DNA of 64,000 nt. Origin: Patellaria atrata CBS 101060. Lineage: Eukaryota. Positions 13,260 to 25,022 of the stretch are shown piece by piece. Both the position numbers and the translations under genes were made by a program. Under the pieces are notes generated by a model. It was not told where the DNA came from. It searched no databases and worked only from the letters and a program-made list of their open reading frames with translations. Location: positions 523,086-587,085 of the forward strand of contig MU006106.1 of assembly GCA_010093705.1 (NCBI GenBank). Reading direction: 5' to 3'. Positions within the stretch are counted from its first letter, which is position 1. Each line of letters begins with the position of its first letter.

Positions 13260-14574
13260 GTTTGTGTGCCTTTTCTTTGTCTCTCTTTAATGAGGTTAGT
13301 TGTGTCTTTTGTCCAGTCAACAAGCGAACCTGTACCGTGTGGTGTCTTTGTGAGGATTGTTATGGTGGTAAGCGGACTGGAGAAATTTCTGGAGCATTAA
13401 GAGTAAAAAGTAAGAAAAAGACAAGACATATACAGAGAAACAAAATTGTGAAATTGACTGAGAGTTGTACTGTAACCCATTACGTTTTTAACGGATGGAT
13501 GCTGTAGGATAATGGATCTGCGACTAATCCTTTTCTCCACGTCGAATTGTTTTAAAACTAAGAACCTTCAACGAGTTTAAAGTTAACGGGCTAAAGGGGG
13601 ATGGATTATTGGACGATTAGAAAGTCGCTGGTATGGTATCTTTGTACTCTTCACTACGAAAATATATGCTTTCCTTGGATGGGAGTATGCATCAGTAAAC
13701 CAACTATGGTGCCTATAATCTTATAGCCTCTCAGTTGTGCTATCTGGTCTACGATATAAACGATGTTTCGATGGATGATTGGCTCCATTATCCGTTCGAA
13801 TGCTGTGATGTGATGCTAAAGATTGTGTCATATCCTTTGTGTTTCGTTCAATGCTTACAATTACCACCGTGAGATCAGGTATCGATGCACAACCATCCTG
13901 TGATCACAGAATTAAGCGTTTATAACAACTAATAGCATATATGAACAGAGAGCAAACAATTGTCGTGTAAGGTAGAGTTTTGAAGGGCGGTTGAAAAGGG
14001 GTTAGCACTGTTGCCAAGTCTTGATCACTTTTGCCTTGTTTCAACGGTGCTTTTTACATCACAGCCGTTCAAGTTGCTGGTATTTGGATCTTCATGGCTC
14101 ATTCTCTCCGAAATACCACCTTATATTAACAGAGGTTAATTGATGCTTTTTTTGAGTCTTGATAATCTTCACTTTGGCCAAGCAATCGGTGTTCAACAGC
14201 ATATTACAGTCAATTAGTTAAACAATTTAAACTGTTTCCTACGTTTAATTCTTCATTGACCGGTTAGTTTTGGGAATACGATGGAGTTTCCTGTACTCGA
14301 GGACTTGTGCTCCCATGGCATCTGCTGTGCTTGTGTTCTTTAGCCAGTTCAAGCTCTTCTTTGGCTTGATCTTCATAACCAATATTCCAGGCACTTATTC
14401 CTCTACCGTATGCAATAGAATGCTGTATGTTTGCTTTAACATACCTTTCTCATTGATGTCTTATTTGAGACTCGATTTGCTTCACTACTGCTACATTCGT
14501 ATCTACTACAAACAAGAATAAGCAGCAACCCTCGCTTCAAAAACATATAGGCTGTTGAATGTAATCTGCATACA

Positions 14575-17500
14575 ATGACGGACACTAACAATAAGGAGCT
14601 CTCGATCAACCTCTTTACGGATATAGCGCCGTAAGTTTCCCAAATACTAATACAGTTCAAAATGCTGATGCAACCTTAGGCTCCGAGCACTATTCGGCGA
14701 ACAATTTGCAAAGCAGTTTATGAGCGAAACTCTGACATGGCTCGATCATATTATCTTCGCGATGGCTCCCCTGGGGATTCTGACTGTAATTTCAGCTGCA
14801 ATACGAGTTTCAGATCCTGAATGGGCGAAAGCTATGATCGGTAGAGCACGTGAAAACAGGGGCTCAGGCGGAACTTGAACTTATGTCTTCCACATCTAAA
14901 GAGGTATGTGAGGTCTTCAATTGCAAATCTATTGTGCGCACAATGAGTGAACCACAGCTCAAACAATTAATCTTGTTTGTAAATGGCGAGAGCTAACTCG
15001 AGCTTCATACACTGGAAACCGCCTCTAGCAAGAAACTTATCACAAAGTATATCAATCACATTCTCGCAAAGAGCCATAGCGCCACTTTGCATAATGTTTA
15101 GTCTACCGTGATCCGCTTAGCAAATTTCTTTTAAACTATCCTAGAAGGATATTGTCTGATGTAGTACATACCGCATTAAGGCCTGACTGCGAAAGAGGAA
15201 CTAAGGGGCCGAAACGACTCTTTCCATTTGGACGTTTTCCGGAAGAACTGCAAGGATCCGCTCCAAATCTGCAGTTAAACTCCACAAGGGGCTCTTCTTC
15301 AACTCAACGCCGATCTATTCATTTGTATTCTGCTGCGTTAAGGGCTATACTAATCCAAGCATCGGCGTAGATAGTCTCTGGAGCTACCGTTTACAATAAA
15401 CCGCTTCGCGAACGCATTGGTTCGGAAATCGCAAATTATGGATTTCCTATGTTTTTTTGTGGTTTCCTTCTACTTGTTGTTGATCTGCTCATGGGTCATC
15501 GAGAGAAGTACAAAAGAGTTCTCCTGGTGTCATAGTGATGGGTCAGAAAATCTACGGTCTCCTTTAGCTCCAGCGTAATCATAGGGTCAATGAAGTTGTT
15601 CAATGGTTACGCCCTCTTCGGCGGAGAAACGGAGCAGATTGTGACTTCCAGCAGGATGGAACCGACGAAAAAGGTGAGTAATGGTAGTGCATAACTATGC
15701 GCTAATATGGACTGACGGTTTGAATAGGACCAATGGTTAGCCATGATCGGGCTTGCAGTTGCGCTGTCGGATTCATCCTGCAATTCCAAGGCCTTCATGG
15801 ACTTAGTTGGCCCTCCCCGATAGGTCAACTTCTAGCTATAGCTCTTCTGGCAATTGTAAGGGCCATTTTTGCAGTAGTTTAGGTAAGGCGCCTTTTAATG
15901 AATCAGCACCGACGGGCTATGAAATGGACTGGCTTGAGATCCGAATTTTCATGTTCCCAGAAGTGCTACGAAGGCCCTAAGATACCGGATTTCGAACCGT
16001 CAAAGGTCGTACCTATACACCTGGCGCCCCATTTTACTGGGGAGTATCTTTGGCGAGTCCAAGTTCTGAGGAGAGAAAGGTTACCTATAAAGAAACAATA
16101 GAGCCAAGGGTTGTTTCAATCCCGATAGAAAGCACTAACTAACACTCACGTATTCTCTAGACTCGCGAAAGCTAGGAGAACTCTGCAGGTGTACTGGAAA
16201 GAGCTTCGAAGGAGCCGGCCGCACTTTGTGACGCTATTGGAATATTCATGACGGAGTTCCTAACAACGTCTAAATTTAACGAGTTCCGATGGCCGCTTGA
16301 AGCAATCCTTGAGAGCTATGAAACATACCTAGATTCAGGCAAAGTTTGGTTCACTACGAAGAAGAATGACAGGAAATGGGAAGTCAATCTCACTGAAATA
16401 GACGCGGCACTTTCATTATGGGTTTCTTTCACGATGAAGTAAGGCGACCGGAAGAAATGAGTAGAGCATCGGACTGGCTACGACTTGAGTCCGGTATCGA
16501 AGTCGACTACTCTCGCATTCTTAGCGATTTTTCAAAAACCCATCCCTGAAGTACGATCTGACATGGTGGGCGGATGAATTCATTGTGGAGGAGAGCGCAA
16601 TATAAACGCCTCATATTTTTTTACCAGCCCGGAGGGAAAAAAACACTTCGTAATCGGTTTTCATGGACTGGAGCATGACAGTAAGTAGATCTACATGACC
16701 CTTCCTCCCCTATACCCTTCCTTAGTAACGAGTCAAAACTTTCCAAAAACTATACCCGAGGATGAAGGCACGAATACATGGTACATCAATTCGAGAGCAC
16801 CACTCTCTACTGTTCTTGCGCAGCATATATTTTCCGGATATATCTGGTCAGTCATGCCATTCCTCCCAACTGATGCGTTAGAAGCCACGAGAGTAGAGAA
16901 TCTGGACCATTTCGTACCTCCTGAATCAGCAACCTCCTGGAATCGACCAAATCTCCGTTGTCACCGCCTCACTAAGATCGTAAGCGCAATAGAATCGAGT
17001 GGTGTAGGAACGGCAAGAGACCTATTACTCACGATCATTCCCCCACTTAGCTCTAGGAATTTGTTACATGATGAGGCTATGATAGAAATTGTGCGAAAAA
17101 GAGCAAGTGAGTTTGAAGGTTCTCACAACTGGGTTCGGGCCTCAGATCTTTACTACCACTTGTTGGAACAAGTTGTTCCTACCTACCCGACACTCTTGTT
17201 TCGTCCTTGGTATGGTTCTAGAATTTCTATTCCTAATGAACGAAATCTTCGCAAATTATGTGAGTGAAGAGATAGGTAGTAAAAGTGCCGCGAGTTTGCG
17301 GGATATTATTAAGCGCTTGATAGGTTTTATGATGAAAACAGGTTACCTGAAGATAGCACAAAGGTTAAAAGGATTTTACGAAACATAACGCCGTCGTCTG
17401 ATCTTGAAAACTTACTTCGTTACGTGAACGTCGATCCGCAAGATCCCTGGCTTATAAAATCCGAGCACCTCTGGCTTATTTTAGAACTCACTACAGAACA

Positions 17501-20500
17501 TATTGCAGCATCCAGATATGAAAATGCATCCGCGGAAACATTGTTGGAAGACAACTCATCTTGTGCACGCGAAATTTTCGGATGGAACCCATTCCATTAC
17601 GCTTTCATATCTTACTCTAGGCTGCTCATAAATCAGTCTGTGCGTTTGGTTCGAACATGAGTTCAGTAAGCATGTCCTAGGATCTTGCTGGAAGAACCTT
17701 AGTGTATTACTGTGCATTACACAGTGTGAAGGTGGAATTAACGAAAGACGAGCAGTTTATGAAACGACTTTTAAACATCGTGGACTGGCATGAAATGCTC
17801 CCCATTCATTTAGCCGCTAAGTTAGGTAATCTGAGCTTCATGTCAGATTTCTTGGACTACACTGAGAACTCGTGGGTGCGTGACCGTTGGGGAAGGACAG
17901 TCTTCTACCTAGCAGCTTGTAGAGGCCATGAAGGTGTTCTTCGGTGGCTAATACATAAGAAATTGACAACCAAAGACTTGATTTGTGGCGATGAGTTGTC
18001 ACAAAGGTCACCGGCACACTTTGCTGCACTGTATGAGCACAAGGATTCATTTAATCTTATAATGGATCATTATGGACTTGACCGTATTCTTGAATAGGTG
18101 GATTTGGAAGGGCTCAATCCTCTTGACTTAGCAATCGTCCAAAACAAGCAAGATATTCTAGAGGTAGCTTGCCGATCTCTCGAAGAACAGGAGCCGAATA
18201 AGATAACCGTAACTGCACCGCTGAGTCCCAATCCTGAAGATAAAAATGATGTGGATCATAAGTTATTGAGGAAGATGGGGACAAGTCTCAGACACATTGT
18301 TAACAACGATTATGGAGAGCTACTAGAAATCATCTTCAATGGAGTAAGAGAGAAAAGAAGCCTAGCACAGTCCATTTTATGAAAAGAGATTTTGATCTAT
18401 ATGTGTGAGCAAGGGAACCATAGGGTTCTTCAACTTCTTTTATCCTTGGTTCAAGAGCCTTCAAATCTGCAAGAGCCTCCTTCTGCACGAGCAATCACCC
18501 CCTGAAATAGTACAGATCAGTGTCCAGACATACAGCTCAGCTCACAAAACAAACTACTTTACGACGACTCCGAGAATGGTAGAATGAAACACATGACTAA
18601 AAGCAGTTCGCGAACTGAATTTTTAGTGGTTGTAGCTAAGAAGAGCGGCCAAAGCGAATTAGACTCTGGTATTGGATTGGATGCGCTTCATAAGCTGCTT
18701 ATTCCATGTGAAGATCCACAATTCTTGAAGGAAGAACTTCTACATCGAAGTATTCTACTTGGGCGAACGGAGATCGTCAAAGTCCTATTGGAATACAATA
18801 TACCTCTAGATAAGGCCCCCTGGAGCGTAACTACTTTACATGTCGCAGCATCTGTTGGTAATGTCGAACTTGTGCGATTAATCTTTTCCAAAATTCCAAC
18901 CTCTATCTTCGAAAGACATGACCTGTATCAACCTCATACGCCAGTTGGGGTTGCATGTAATCTGGGGCGTAGGGAAGTAGTACGAATGCTTTTGGAGCTT
19001 GGTCAGAGCTCAGAAACGGCTTTGCCAGCGAAGCTACTCTAGAAATTAAGGACGGTTCTCACCACGCTGCCGCCTCAGGTAATTACACTCGGGTGAAACG
19101 GATAGTGGGCGCGTTTCCGGGAGTAACAAGTCTTACAACAGAAGATCACAGAAGTGCCTTATCTTTACCAGTTAAAAGTGGTTCTATTGCCTGTGTCAGG
19201 GTTCTCATGGAACATGAAGAGATGGACGCAAATATACGCGATGATTATGGGCGAACCCCTTTATGGTACGCGTTGAATAATCGCGATTTATCAATAACCA
19301 CGGAGCTACTGAAAATCTCGAAGATCCAAGTGAATATCAAGGACAAGAGAGGCTAAAGCGCTCTTCATATTGTTTCGCGGGCATCAGGGGCAGAAAATCC
19401 TGCGATTCGCGAACTGCTAAAACATTCAAACATTGATGTCAATGAAAGGAATGGAAACAGAATGACAGCTTTGGCAACTGCATGTCGAATTAACCATCGA
19501 TATATCGAGCCCTTACTCGACGATAAGCGAGTACAAAGAAACGTAAGGGATTATTATGGTCACAGTATCTTCTTCTTCGTACTGGCTGATAAAGAGGCTC
19601 TAATGGTACTGCTGAAGCACAAGATTCATGAGGAGAACCCAGTTGATTTTGCCATTGCTTTTCATACAGCGGTAGAGCTAGATTATCACAAGATTCCTGA
19701 TTTTGGAGCTGTCCAAACACTAATGGAGATGCAAATAGACCCTACAGTTCTGGATGTTAATAACTGATCATGTTTGGATTACGCCGAGCAATACGGATCT
19801 CGCGACTTGTTGGAGCATTTTCGAAGGTATATCGAGAGATGGCCACACCAGATGGAAAAAATACCATACAAATCGCCATCTTCATGGCAAACACGTGATG
19901 CCTCTTCTTTTATCCATATCGAGGGATGCTGGCATGATGACTGCAGTGCATTTTCGAGTAAGTTCATATTCCCGAACTTTACCCTGCCCATGGAAAGGAA
20001 CTAATATCTTCCAGCAATTCGGGTGTGTGGTACTGGTATGGTTTCAGAAGATTACATTATACGCTCAGACTTCTGTATTCCTCCCAGAATTCCATGGTAC
20101 TACTTTGAGACCAAGATGTCAGAGCAACGAAGGTCGGCAATTCAATTTTGGAAGTTCAACTATCCCTTTCGGGCTAACTGTATCTAAATATCTCAGCTTG
20201 GGGTGGTGCAGTGATTGGTGCGAGATTTACGCCTCTCTCAAAGATATCCACCCTTACGACGCTTGCTCTTATTCATCACATGACGGAGTTGTCCACTTAA
20301 AGCGTCATCAAAATATCCGGGTTGCGAAACAGGGTGATACCATAGGATGTGGGGTAGACATGGAAACGCGGCTTGGATATTTCACATTGAATGGCGAAAG
20401 GATCGGCATCTCAATCTTGGTGCTCACTACGTCAGTATACTAATTGGTATAGGTTGCCCTTTCCCGATCTTCTCATGGCGTCGAGTCTCCTGTCATTGGG

Positions 20501-20600
20501 GTTAAAACAAACGAAGAGAATATTGGGCTGAAAATCGAGGTAAACCTGGGTGGAGAAAAACATCCTTTCCTTTACCAGGGGCCGCATAATGTGACTGTGG
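14575..20600 (+). pseudogene. Decayed gene for a fungal N-terminal membrane domain + ankyrin repeats + C-terminal SPRY/B30.2 protein
   Basis: ATG at 14575 and intron 14631-14679 give NLFTDIAP-LRALFGEQFAKQFMSETLTWLDHIIFAMAPLGILTVISAAIRV..IGRAREN. A frameshift in the G run 14859-14862 precedes AELELMSSTSKEVCE. In-frame stops at 14994, 15368, 18095 and 19354, plus further frameshifts. Ankyrin repeats (LPIHLAA, WGRTVFYLAACRGH, SPAHFAA, TTLHVAASVGN, DYGRTPLWYA) span ~17.5-19.8 kb. SPRY motifs WYYFE and GDTIGCGVD..YFTLNG lie at ~20.1-20.4 kb. The 3' end is approximate. Confidence 0.85.
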
Positions 20601-21428
20601 ATGAAGTTACGGAAAACTCAGGAGATCAGGATGTAAGTGATATGAGTTGGTATAGATTGCTGCTAGTAAGGACGGAGCGAAAGCCGAGGATGAGTATGAT
20701 CGTGAGGGTTACAGATTGAGTTGGAAGAAGAGTGGGATTTAACTAGTTCTTATTCTAAAGTATCTCCTGATGGATGATAATGTAACGAAATCTTGGTACA
20801 ATAACGACTTACGAACTTTAACTTTAAGCTCTCTATTATACTCTTACTAACTGCATCTCGAAGTATTGAGTGATCATGGGATGTCTGGCAAATGATCAGC
20901 GAATCAGCTATGGCTCGAGCAGAGTGCGAAAAATTCCTTTCTTATAGGATAACGTCAAGATAGAGGGAGAAGACATCCGATGAGTTGAGGAACTGTTCAA
21001 TAAAAAGGGGTAAGGGGTGCTTTTGGAAAAGGATAGAGGTACATTTAGACTTCTTGCAGACACTAACTAGAAGTAGTAGTAGCCGCAGTGTTCACTTATA
21101 ACCCGCCGATAAAGTTGGTCCGTGAACTAAAGATTACGTTTTATCGACGACTCGAGGGATTATTCATCTCTTAGACTATTTCATGCTCGTACGGTATTGA
21201 TATATTATATCATATATACTGTGAACCGATTCACAAGCAACTGGATTTGCTCCAGTTTCGAAATCTACTAAGATTACGCTGGCGGTAAAGAACATTTCCC
21301 ATCATCGAATCCTGAAACAATCCCCCGCTTATGGTACAGCAGTATAGGCACGCTGCCTTATTAAAGAACTATCCGACTCCTCTCCTGTCGTTCCCCTCTT
21401 CAACGTCCCTCCACCCAAAAACCCATAA

Positions 21429-22283
21429 ATGCCATCCCTCCTCTCCCTCCCCCGCGAACTCCGCGACCTCATCTACCACTCCCTCCTCACGAGCCCTCCC
21501 CCCTCGTCCCCAAGATTCCTCACCCCTCCCTCCCCTTCCTGCCCACTAATCACACCTCTCCCCCCACCCGGCCCCTCCGCCCTCGCCTACCCCCTCCTCC
21601 TCACCTCCCACCAACTGCACACCGAACTCAGCACCCTCATCCACACCCTCTCAACCCGCCAGCCCCCTTCCTACACCCTAACCCTGCACATTATTTCCGA
21701 AACCCACATCCGGCCGCACTGGACGCACGTGCCCTTCCTCAGCTCCCACCTCGAACGCCTGTCCATCACGATTGCGCAGAGCGGCGCGCGCGACGGAGAA
21801 AGCCGCAGCGTCTTCATGCCCGCGCGCGGCACGCCGGCCACGAGCGCCACGTTCGTCTCGCACTTTTTGGCCCTCATGCGCGCTATCCTGCATACCGCCA
21901 CGATCGGAACCCTCGACATCAGCATCCCGCTCCCGTCTCCCCTACCCCCGGGCGGCTTGATACCCGCGCATCCGATACGAAGGAGGTTGGAGCCGAATCG
22001 GGGCGCGCTGGTGCACCCGAGGATTGTTGGAGATGCGCTGAGCGTGAATGTGGATTATTTTCTGCAGAACCCTACGGGGCGGGAGGAGGAGGAGGAGGAG
22101 GAAGAAGAGGAGGAGGTGGTGGAGGGGTTGGAAGAGTGGAGGACCAGACAGAGGGTTTGGGAGGAGGAGTGGTATTTAGGCATGAGGAGAGTTTTCGAGC
22201 GTGTCGAGGGCATGAGGATGGTTGGCATGGGGGGGGTGGAGAGGGAGTGGGATTTTTTGAGGTTGGGAGGGGGGAGGGGGTGA
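21429..22283 (+). CDS. F-box-like motif protein, 284 aa, single exon
   Basis: The N-terminus MPSLLSLPRELRDLIYHSLL matches the fungal F-box-like LxLPxELRxxIY motif, followed by PLLLTSHQLHTE. A poly-Glu tract comes from a GAG repeat. Confidence 0.7.
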   Translation: MPSLLSLPRELRDLIYHSLLTSPPPSSPRFLTPPSPSCPLITPLPPPGPSALAYPLLLTSHQLHTELSTLIHTLSTRQPPSYTLTLHIISETHIRPHWTHVPFLSSHLERLSITIAQSGARDGESRSVFMPARGTPATSATFVSHFLALMRAILHTATIGTLDISIPLPSPLPPGGLIPAHPIRRRLEPNRGALVHPRIVGDALSVNVDYFLQNPTGREEEEEEEEEEEVVEGLEEWRTRQRVWEEEWYLGMRRVFERVEGMRMVGMGGVEREWDFLRLGGGRG

Positions 22284-23098
22284 GCGGTGGGCATGATTTG
22301 GGGGGGATTTGGAGCGAGGGTCTGGTGGGTGTGGTTCGTGTTTGATGTTGGATACTGGGGGTGGTGGTGGTGGTCTCTATTTCTGAGCGAATGGAGGAAG
22401 CTATTCTCGGTTTTGTGGACCGCGAAACGGAGAGCTCCTCGAGTGAGTGAAAGTAAGATCGTATCTACCTCTACACACCGACCGAGCCGCCTAGCCAGTC
22501 TTCGTGGATGTATGATACTACACCAGCAATACTCTCCACTTCATCTACAAGCCTGCACGCCACCCTACTTGGTTGCCTGCTCACTTGCTGCATACAACAT
22601 GCCCTAGGTAGAAGAAACTGTACGAACAGGCAGACACCGCACTCGGAACAACCCAATATCCACAGCGGCTCCCCCTCATACTCGCTATATAAACATCTCA
22701 CAAGCAGCAGAAGAGCGGTAGTCATAGAGTATACACCTCGTCACTGGTTACGGCTGCGTTGATGGCTTTGTGGAGCGTGCGATTCCCGTACTGTACTGTA
22801 CATCACAGGGATTTCTGGTGTACAGGTTTTTCCTAGCGGCTGTGCTGGTTGGGTATGGGGTAGTTCATACCGTACCGTACTGTACATATCACACGGTGTA
22901 GCAGAAGTCACGTTTTGACCGAACAAGGCTCCAGGCCATATCCAGTTTGACATTCGAAAGTCGTACTCAGACATCCAACTCACGCAGCATGGCAGTATCA
23001 TTGAAACCGAGATTCCAAATATTCACGGAACCCAGATACCATTCCACACCATCCTACTTCTACCTCTCCCCCCTTTATTTAACTAACCCCATCTCCCC

Positions 23099-24147
23099 CT
23101 AAACGAAACCAAAGAACTTCATATCCTCATTCCCCTGAATCGGCACGCTATGCCCAACATTATTCGCCAGTATGCCCTGCAACTTATCCCCCCACGTCGT
23201 CCTCGTATACCCGCTCAGCGGCGAATTGCTCGTCTTGGTCGCGGGCGCGTTGTAATCGTACCCGAACACGTCCGCCCACTGCTTGCACGTCTCGTAGTAG
23301 TTCTGCGTGCGGAGCGTGCTGTCCGCCGTGCCGTGGTAGATCTGCATCTTGGGCCGCTCGCCCTCGTAGCCCGGGTACATGCTGCGGACCATGCCGCCCC
23401 AGATCGCCGGCGTCGAGTTGATCTGCCCGTTGGCGGAGGACGAGTTCCAGGCTGCGACGCCGCCAGAGGTGCTGTAGAAGCCGCCGGCTGGGACACCGGA
23501 GTAGACGGTCCCGGCTTTGAAGATGTCGGGGTAGGTGGCCGCGAGGACGTTCTGGAAGGCGAAGTTAGAGCCTCTGTGTGCAGTTTGGTATTAAGGGGTC
23601 AGGTAGCTTACGGTCATCATGGCACCGGAACTGGTGCCGGTGACGAAAACTTTCTCGGGGTCGGCGGTGTACTTGCCGATGGTCCACTTGACCATGTTGG
23701 CGATGGCGTTGCTGTCACCGCCGCCGTTGTGGGTGAGGGTAGCTTTGGAGCTGACGTCCCAGCATGTGCCGCTGTGCGGGCTGCTTGGGTAGATGACGAT
23801 GAAGCCGTATTGCTCAGCGAGCTGCCTGTATGGGCTGCCGCTGAAGTATGCTTGTGCGGTACCGGTGCAGTAGTGGCTGTTCGGAAAGGTAAGAAAATGG
23901 GTATATAGAAATCCACGAGGATAGGATAGAGAGCTTACACCGCGACAACGATACCAGGACTGGTCACCTGCTTGTTCGGGACATAAATGTAAAAGGGGAC
24001 GTTAGCGGACCCGGTGTTGTTGTAGTTCGACACCTGTTGGAGAGAACCCCGAGATTGACGCTTCCAGATGTTGACTGGGTCAATTGGGGTCGCAACAACG
24101 ACAGTTGCTAGAAGGGCGAGAGTCGCCGAAACGGAAAAGCGAACCAT
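23099..24147 (-). CDS. Secreted acetylxylan esterase, CE1/AxeA type, without CBM; complement(join(23099..23551,23612..23876,23939..24147))
   Basis: Signal peptide plus KR processing site; IVVAVHYCTGTAQAYF, nucleophile GTSSGAMMTNVLAATYPD, RPKMQIYHGTADSTL, VGHSVP and C-terminal DMKFFGF. Introns 23938-23877 and 23611-23552 (GTAAGC..CAG) restore the frame. Confidence 0.93.
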
Positions 24148-25022
24148 TGTGGAATTATTGAGGAGCGATTTGACAACTTCTCAGGTCTCTTAGCTGGCGA
24201 AATCAGCGCGGGGAAGGAGTAGCTTTTAAGGCGGCTCTTTTCAGTATACATGATTTCCTATGGTCTCCGCATGATTCCATCCTTCAGTCCGCAATTAATT
24301 ACCAAGATTGATACGCCAGATTATGCTGGAAATAGATTACGAGGGCTCCTTTGATCCGGGTCCGCACATCTCAAAGGGGATATATACCAGGCACTAAAAT
24401 CCAGTAAGGAAACATGGAGATGGATTCTATATTATTCACCTGACATTTAGGGTCCATATAGAATCAAAATGGTCACGGAAGAGACAAGCTTTTCCAATGA
24501 TGGGGTGGACATTAACAAGGTACAAGTGGACATTGAGGAGGGGTTTAACCGGTTCTGAGGACGACATTTGAAACTTCAATATGAATAGATTGTATAGACC
24601 AGGCGCAGAGAAAAAGAGACGTTTAGATTGGCTTGACTCTTTTGCGGCTACCGTATCGGAAGTTGATCGGACGGCACTCGTTTATTTAACCAAGCGAAAT
24701 CCGGGGTAGTTCCTAGCTTGGACCTTTGTATAAAACTAAAAATCACTGACATCGTTCTGACTTGAGAAAGGTAGAACAAAAATAGAAAATAAATCTGACT
24801 GAGTTATACAGTAAGAGCATAAGTAGTTGGAGTTTTGCTATCAAACTGGATGACTTATCAACGAACTGCTACGACCGGGAATATCTTCGAATAAATGTTC
24901 TTCTGAATAGACGTTGAAAGGTTACAGTGGATTTATTTCCCTTATAATATAGAATATACATTTGCATCGGATTGATTGACAAGACTGGTTGAATGGAAGC
25001 CGATGGTCTAGAATCTGTCCGC

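Noticed and set aside
23150..23908. 252 aa ORF antisense to the acetylxylan esterase
   Set aside because: Shadow ORF caused by high GC3; it runs through the introns of the real gene.
21400..24147. Horizontal transfer of the GC-rich block
   Set aside because: The same compositional shift occurs inside POM152 and the CRAL-TRIO gene, and the introns are typical of the host.
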